Shown in pieces: positions 56,401 to 64,000 of a DNA stretch of 64,000 nucleotides. Position numbers and translations under genes: made by a program. The first letter of the stretch is position 1, and each line of letters starts with the position of its first letter. The DNA is from Eledone cirrhosa (Eukaryota): the NCBI GenBank assembly GCA_964016885.1, contig OZ024747.1:37944001-38008000 (forward strand). Reading direction: 5' to 3'. The notes below the pieces were generated by a model. The model saw only the letters and a program-made list of their open reading frames with translations. It did not search any database and was not told the DNA's origin.

Positions 56401-56579
56401 CTTGCTTCCTTCTTGACCCTCTTTTGGGTCTCGGCATACGCATCATTCGTAGGCCTCCAAAGAGAGGTCACACGCCCAAAGTCAAGCTTTATGGGGATAG
56501 AAGAATATAATGCTTACCTGTATTTATATATATAGGTAATCCTCTCTATTTACAACGCAGAAAAATATATACCACATAA

Positions 56580-56619
<40 letters not shown>

Positions 56620-56684
56620 TTTATTTTTTTACAGCTGAGACTTTAAAACTTACAACTTTTATATGTTAATACACTCTAACAGAT

Positions 56685-56777
<93 letters not shown>

Positions 56778-57311
56778 CTTATAAAATAAAAGATTAACAA
56801 GGATTAATTTTTAGCATTTAATAGATTTGCGAGCGATTTGTTTGACTAACAAGAATATTCTATTCCTGCATGAATAACTCCTCAGAATCGATCAAATGCA
56901 AATAAATACATTACATGTTTTAAAGTTTCACTTAGAGAAATGAGCGAGAAACATAAAGAACTAGCAGAATGGCCCGGCGTTGTTCGGGATTCTAAACATA
57001 GATTACCATGTTTATCCCTCCTTTCTGAAACAGTACAGAGAAGTACGGAATACCCCGGCCTGGGGATGGTGTCTACATTTTGTGCTTATAAAAAATTCGT
57101 CGTAGCTTACCAGGTGTTTACCTTAATTGGGTGCCTGAGAGTAGATGAACTGGGATAATTGCTAGCCTTGTGCCAAAAGTAGAAACAATTATATTTCTTT
57201 TTATACAACTGTAAATAACATGTTTATATATGTATATATACGTATATATGTATGTATAAATGAATGATGTAATAAAATGTACAAATTAAACTGTCTAGTG
57301 TGATACACTGG

Positions 57312-57392
<81 letters not shown>

Positions 57393-57402
57393 TATATATA
57401 GA

Positions 57403-57589
<187 letters not shown>

Positions 57590-58959
57590 CAAATTATGAC
57601 AATTTAATCAACAAAAAAATGAATTATTTAGTAGTTGTCACCATAAAATTGGTAAAACTTTCCAGGCAATGTACAAGTTTTCGAAAAAATATTGACAATT
57701 AATAATTTAATATGTATATAAGTTTTCCCTTAGTGTAGTAATAATTTATCGATATTTATATGTTTTGAATAATCTCATTAAGAGTCTCGGTATCCTATGT
57801 TTTGATTAGGACAGTTCAACATGTAACTAGACATCATTTATGATATATATAATAGATGATTTACGGTTTTCGAAATATCGCGGAACGTGAGAGTAGAGAT
57901 ATGTGTTTGTATATGGTGAATGAGTTATCTTCCTTTTGTTTACATTGTTCGTAAAAATTTCTTTTCTTTTTGACTAGCTTGCTAAATTATATTAGATATG
58001 AAATATGTAGATTACTAATATATAGACTATCATTAAAAGAAAACTATATATCAAAATTAGTAAATACAGAAGTAAATATAACCTATCATTAATTAATATA
58101 ACAACTTTTGAGAGTAAATGTAACTGCAGTTTAATCCTAGGAATTTAATGAAAATTAAAGAATAGTAAGATTTTATAAAGAGAATATCATAATTAAATCA
58201 AATAATTTGGGTAATAAATGATCTAAACATATTATATGTATTAATGTTGATATATACATGGTATTAGATTTTAATACATATTTAATAATTATTTAAATAC
58301 GCTTTAAAGATTAATTCTTTTAAAGTTGTAACAAAATATTTATAGAATATCTTACCTTAAAATTAAAAATAATAATATATAATGAATTAAATTAAATTAT
58401 ATGAATTTTTAATTAAACTATATATGAGATTGCTATAGAAAGTAGTCTATACTGATTAATTTTAGTTTAATATATAAGTATAATTAGCTAAAGCATAATC
58501 AAATACAAAAGATATTCAATTGATTATGTGAATTGATTGGATGTCCTATTTGATCTAGCATTTGAAAACAACGTTTTTTTTCTTTATTCCCCTCTATTTG
58601 ATGTTCCCCTATTTTTCTTTATTTTCTTTACCCCCCCCCCTCTGTTCCCTTTACTTTCCCCACACCTTCCCACTTTTGTCCTTATTCCTCTTTTCTTTTT
58701 ATATATTTCTTTTACTCATTCTTCCATTTATTTTTATTCATTTATCTATTTATGTGTGTATTTATTTATTATTTTTTCTTGCCTTTCTCTTCTTTACACC
58801 CTCTCTCATATCTCTAATTTGCTCTACGTCCTTTTCTTCTTTAAGTTTATCATATTATTTGTGGTATATAAACATTGAGATTTGATGAAATAAATCACTG
58901 CAAATACTGGAATTGAACAATCAAGACCGTAGCGGTATGTCATATATTAAATCATATAT

Positions 58960-59020
58960 TTTGTCTGATGAGGACGTACTGAAAAAACAACACACTACCT
59001 CTGAAATATATATAATAAAT
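58960..59020 (+). ncRNA. Hammerhead-like motif, family of 28944-29007
   Basis: CUGAUGA GGACGUAC..CUACCUCU GAAAUAUAUA, then AAUAAA. Confidence 0.5.
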
Positions 59021-59167
59021 TATATAGTTTGATTATGAGAATATTTTTCATTTGTTAATATTTTGAATAATATTAAAAACTCCTGGAAAACTGCACTGTA
59101 GAGTGTTTCTAATCTATTATAAAATTGTATTCATTGAGTATTCAACGAACCATACTAAACTTTGGTC

Positions 59168-59202
<35 letters not shown>

Positions 59203-59652
59203 AAGAAAGAGAGAAATGTAAAATCCCGACTGAGGCGCCAAACGGTTTTTGACTTGTGCTATATATATTTATATACATATATATGTAGCACCACTTATAG
59301 GATTGTGTGGGATTTGAGATAGTACATATAATCCAGCAGAGTCCATTTTATAGGTACGCTGCATCAGTAACTCACGCTCATGCACACACACACATATGCA
59401 TAAAAATATATAAACACACACAACCCCCTTTTTTTAGAGATTATGTTTATTTCAAAGATTTGTGTGGATCGATTCTTCATCGTTACTTTGTACTTGTATT
59501 TATATATTCTTGTACTAATATATTTCCGCTCGGAAAATTCATTCCGTTTATTGATTTACAAATTTTTAATGGATTTGTAAAGTCTCCCTCTTGTGCATTT
59601 TACATCTGGTGGCAACTGCCCCTGTCTGGTTTTACCACATCCGATTACTTCA

Positions 59653-59697
<45 letters not shown>

Positions 59698-59892
59698 GTG
59701 AGAGAGAGCGAGAGAAACACATAAATAGATAGAGAGAGAGAGTGGGTGAGTGAAAGAGGGGGAAAGAGACAGAGAGAGGAAGAGAGAGAAAGAGAGAGAG
59801 ACAGAGAGAGAGAGAGATACACAGATAGAGATAAACAGATATATATAGAGAGAGAGATAGGTAAATAGAGAGAGAGATGAAGATAGATAAAA

Positions 59893-59961
<69 letters not shown>

Positions 59962-61313
59962 TGAGAAGATGAAATGATTCCCTTACTCTAATGGTCCTTT
60001 ATTTATCGACTGTGAAAGAATGCTAGATAATGTTAGACTTCGGTGAGAACTCAGAGCGCTTAAAAATGGAATGTATACCGTCGCGATAACGATTCTGCCA
60101 AATTGCTGCTTATGGAAACTATATACAAATAAAGTATAGAGTATTTGGAGATTCGAAGTCAGAAAGAAAGGATAAAAAGAAATAGCTTCACAAAAAGCTA
60201 TATAGATAAACAGATTGATACACAAGAGAAAATTATGAAACAACCTTTGTGAAAACCCGTTCTTGTACTTTTTCGAACAGTTAATAATTATGGCAGTAAT
60301 TGTAGTCGTCTATCTCTGATAACTATGTACATTATCATCAAATCATAGTAGTTGTAGTGCTGGTTATATAACTATTGATCACACGAGTTACTAGAACTAG
60401 TTTAACGATCTATGGGGAAATAAACTTCATTCGAAGGGTTGGCATGTGACTGATATTGATGTAAATAGTTGCATGCAATCATTAGATAAATCTCTAGTGA
60501 TGATCTCTATAGAGGATCTCTGAAGGCAGTAAATCATATTTTGAAATAATGATTCCGCCTTATGTATTGATAGAATATCAATTAATTACGAGTGGAATCC
60601 ATATCTAATTCTGTAGACTTTCATTACATATCTAGTTTCATTGGTAATGAGTGCCGCGGAACAAGAGGGAATATTCTGGCCTGCTAAAGCTGCTACCAGC
60701 TTTGTAGTCCAGAAAAGATTATGATGGCTACAGCATCCATAAGGTGCTGTTTCTTAATGAATATTTTCTCTATATTTAGTGGAAAGCCTATTTACCTATT
60801 TTCATCGCAGTAAAATGCTGTTGGAAAAGTAGGACTGTTACGAATTTATTTCTACAAAACAACATATTTAATTTTACTGTGTTGGTCTGAAGGACGGGGT
60901 TGTGCTCATAACCTTCGTAGAGATAGGGAGAGAAAGAAAGGGAAAGAGTTAATTATAACAAGAAGGGAGGCTGCGACCTGTTCTATCTCCCCATCTCCCT
61001 TGTTGTTATTATTAACTATTTCCCTTTCTTTTCCTTTCTTTCTCTCCCTTTCCCTCTCTCTCGTTTCTGCCCCTTTTCGCCAACTCCCGCCTGAGGTTAG
61101 ACTTGTTTTTCTTCGCTCTCCCTCTCTTGTTGCCAATAAAGCCACGGACTTATGTTCAGCCGCCGGTTACTTACATACATGTGCTTCTCCTCATGTCCCC
61201 CAGTTTATCGGTATATTTTCTGCGCCTTTTTTCTTACAAAATTTAATGAACAGATAAATATGTGGAAATTGTTACAAAATACTGAGTAGATATTGAAGTT
61301 TTTCAAAATTAAT

Positions 61314-62640
61314 TTAATATACCTCTATATGGGCTCCGTTAGTTGCATGAAGCACATCAAGACGGAACTCAATTTCTTGCCATGTTCGCTGTACCATAGC
61401 CTCATCAATGTTGGCAATAGCATCAGTGATCTTTTGCTTTAGATCAGTGATGTCCCGTATCTTTTTTCGATACACGATATCTTTAATATAACCCGATAGA
61501 AAGAAGTCCAGGGGAGCGATATCTGGTGAACGAGGTGGCCAGGGAATTGAGCCATCCCTTCCAATTCTCCGTCTGGAAATGTTTGATTTAGGAACCTACG
61601 AACATGCAGGCCCCAATGTGGTGGTGCACCATCTTGCTGAAGAATGATCGCTGGTTGAAGTTCATCTAGTTGTGGTGCCACATATTCAGTCAAAAGGTCA
61701 AAGTAAACATTTGCAGTAATTGATGTCTCGTTGAAGAAAAATAGACCAATGATTCGATTGTACATAATCCCACATCACACATTCACCTTTGGACTATATC
61801 GGTGAAGTTCCCTAGGCACACGGACGGTATTCTGATCCCCAGATTCTCACATCATGTGTGTTCAGTTTCTCTGAAACATAAAAGGCTGCCTCATCACTAA
61901 AACAAACTCGGGTGAGGAACGTTTCATCCTCAGATATTCGTTCCAGCATGTTAACTGCAAATTCTTTTCGTCTTGGTTTATCATTTGGCTCGAGTGCCTG
62001 TATGAGTTGCACTTTGTAAGCGTACAATCGCAAGTTCTTGTGTAGGACTTTTTGAACTATTGAACGTGGCAGTTGTAACTGTCTGGCAGCAGTAGGAATG
62101 AACTTTGTAGGAGAATACTGAAAGGCTTGTCTTACACGATCAATGTTTTCCTCAGATGTTCTTGGTCTTCCACTTCTACCTTTATCCAACAACGTCCCTG
62201 TCTCCATAAATTTCTTGTGCCATGCATGAATTGACGGACGTGACGGTGGATCTTTTACATACTTAGTTCTGTAGTTTCACTGAGTCAGCGTATCCGATTT
62301 TGTTTCAATAAACCATGACACACATTGTGCCTTTTCATGAGGAGTAGCCATTTTTAGCGGTTCCCCTTTCATCAACATGATACCAGAAATAAATAACTGT
62401 AATGTGATTAAAAACTTTGATAATTATTTGTTTCTACTTTAGGCACAAGGCCAGCAATAACCCAGTTCATTACTGGTACTTTATTTTATCGACCCCGTAA
62501 GGATGAAAGGCAAAGTCAACCTCGGCGGGATTTGAACCGAGGTTGACTTTGCCTTTCATCCTTAAAACTTTGATAATTATTGATAACTATTGAGTACATA
62601 AAGTCTCTTTAAATTGTAAAGAGACTTTATGGACACGCTG
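61314..62640 (-). mobile_element. Tc1/mariner DD41D (rosa-like) transposon, decayed; transposase 61314-62351
   Basis: HTH region (GRSGRPR), FSDEA, KVNV.CG, QQDGAPPH..WPPRSPDIAPLDF with 41 residues between D2 and D3 after frameshift correction; one TIR TA|CAGCGTGTCCATAAAGTC ending at 62640; the other TIR was not found. Confidence 0.85.
62429..62563 (-). mobile_element. SINE with 5' fold-back, inserted in the transposon 5' region
   Basis: TSD AAAACTTTGATAATTATT at 62411-62428 and 62564-62581. Confidence 0.85.
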
Positions 62641-62724
62641 TATATTATACATATAATCATATATATACACACTCATATATATATATATACATATATACAT
62701 ACACACATACATACATACACACAC

Positions 62725-62806
<82 letters not shown>

Positions 62807-62841
62807 GTAATTGTAATCTGAGTTTTTCGAATATTAATAAT

Positions 62842-63027
62842 TGTTTCTACGTTAGGCACAAGGCCAGCAATTATCAGTGCATTACTGGTACTTTATTTTA
62901 TCGACCCCGTAAGGATGAAAGGCAAAGTTAACCTTGGCGGGATTTGAACTCAGAATGGCAAGGGCCGTAACTCTATACGTCAAAGCATGGCGTCCGACCC
63001 TCTACCAATACTATCAATCCACCGCCC
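62842..63027 (-). mobile_element. tRNA-SINE, full length, with an 18-bp TSD
   Basis: TSD TTTTCGAATATTAATAAT at 62824-62841 and 63028-63045. Confidence 0.88.
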
Positions 63028-63536
63028 TTTTCGAATATTAATAATAATATTCGATTCGTTTGCAATTATGCAAGCAGCCTCTTTTTTATTTTTTAAAGCC
63101 ATGTCACTTCGCAGGTGAACAATGAACAGCAGAACAACGAACAGTGAACAGTGAACACAGAAGAATGAACAATGAAGGCAGAAACATTAGTGTCTGCAGT
63201 TTTGTTTACATGCTAACACAAGAGCAGGAATGAGGGGTTCATTCTACTGACATGGCTTTAAAAAAGTTTTTTTTTGTACAATTGCAAACGAATCGAATAT
63301 TATTATCAATATTCGAAAAAATCAGATTACATTTATTGCATTCAGCCATGTAGAGCGATAATTTATATATATTTATTGTTATACTTGGGGAGGATCATAT
63401 TGTTATAATATTGCCAGAAATGAAAACAGAACACACTCACTGTCTGGTTTGGTTTCGGTTGGATTTCGCTTCTGTATCTTTTATATCTCCATTGTTAATT
63501 TATTTGGCAATCAGTGTTTATCATTGATTGACCAAC

Positions 63537-63589
<53 letters not shown>

Positions 63590-63596
<7 letters not shown>

Positions 63597-63830
63597 TAAC
63601 AGATTAAAGTTTAAGCAAAGAATCGCTGCTTTCACCCTTAATGGGATCTTTTGCCATAACGGGATCTCCTGAATCTCAGAAGATCCCATTAAGGGTGAAA
63701 GCAGCGATTCTTTGCTTAAACTTTATTCTGTTATTTTAATAAATATTTGCTCTATGATTTTATATATTTTTGTACATATATTATCCTTGTCGAGCCCTCT
63801 TCGGATTTTAGTCTTCACATTTATTGTTAT
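63590..63830. repeat. Fold-back of the 48-50 kb pseudo-LTR family with an HHR-like motif (plus 63671-63710)
   Basis: GAAUC U CAGAAGA UCCC-AUUAA-GGGU GAAAGC AGC GAUUC; mirror arm at 63590-63650. Confidence 0.7.
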
Positions 63831-64000
63831 TACTAGCAGAAAAATCGCCCTCGGGCGGTTTTTCTGTATATATAGTGTGCATATTGATATACGCAATATA
63901 TATGCTCATAGATATGATTCTAAAATTGACAATATGCATATAAATTGAACAAAGACTGTGTTACACGTCTGTAATTAGTAAAGTAATCCATGATACATTC

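Overview
Eukaryotic, AT-rich, repeat-saturated DNA with no recognisable host gene. The SINE family and the dense (TA)n/(CA)n/(AAT)n arrays resemble an Octopus (coleoid cephalopod) genome; this is recognition from memory, not a search result. Bases 0.4-19.2 kb are a back-to-back retroelement cluster: two tandem Tx1-type LINEs set between (AAT)n arrays (similar ORF2, very different ORF1), a SINE, a near-full-length RTE LINE, a truncated R4/Dong-type element and a Penelope-like (PLE) GIY-YIG fragment. The rest is (TA)n microsatellite interleaved with PLE remnants. These are seven GIY-YIG 3' fragments (six Naiad-like; four show the CxCx5Cx5C linker) and more than a dozen non-coding pseudo-LTR families carrying type I hammerhead ribozyme (HHR) motifs. 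About 12 of these form inverted pairs, all arranged head-to-head with the HHR sense strands pointing outward. One ~500-nt HHR family shows stem covariation and a 3'-to-5' junction, as in retrozymes. Also present: a decayed DD41D (rosa-type) Tc1/mariner, RTE/BovB/CR1 fragments, non-autonomous Helitrons, MITEs and tRNA-SINEs. Most ORFs in the supplied track are microsatellite or antisense artefacts.
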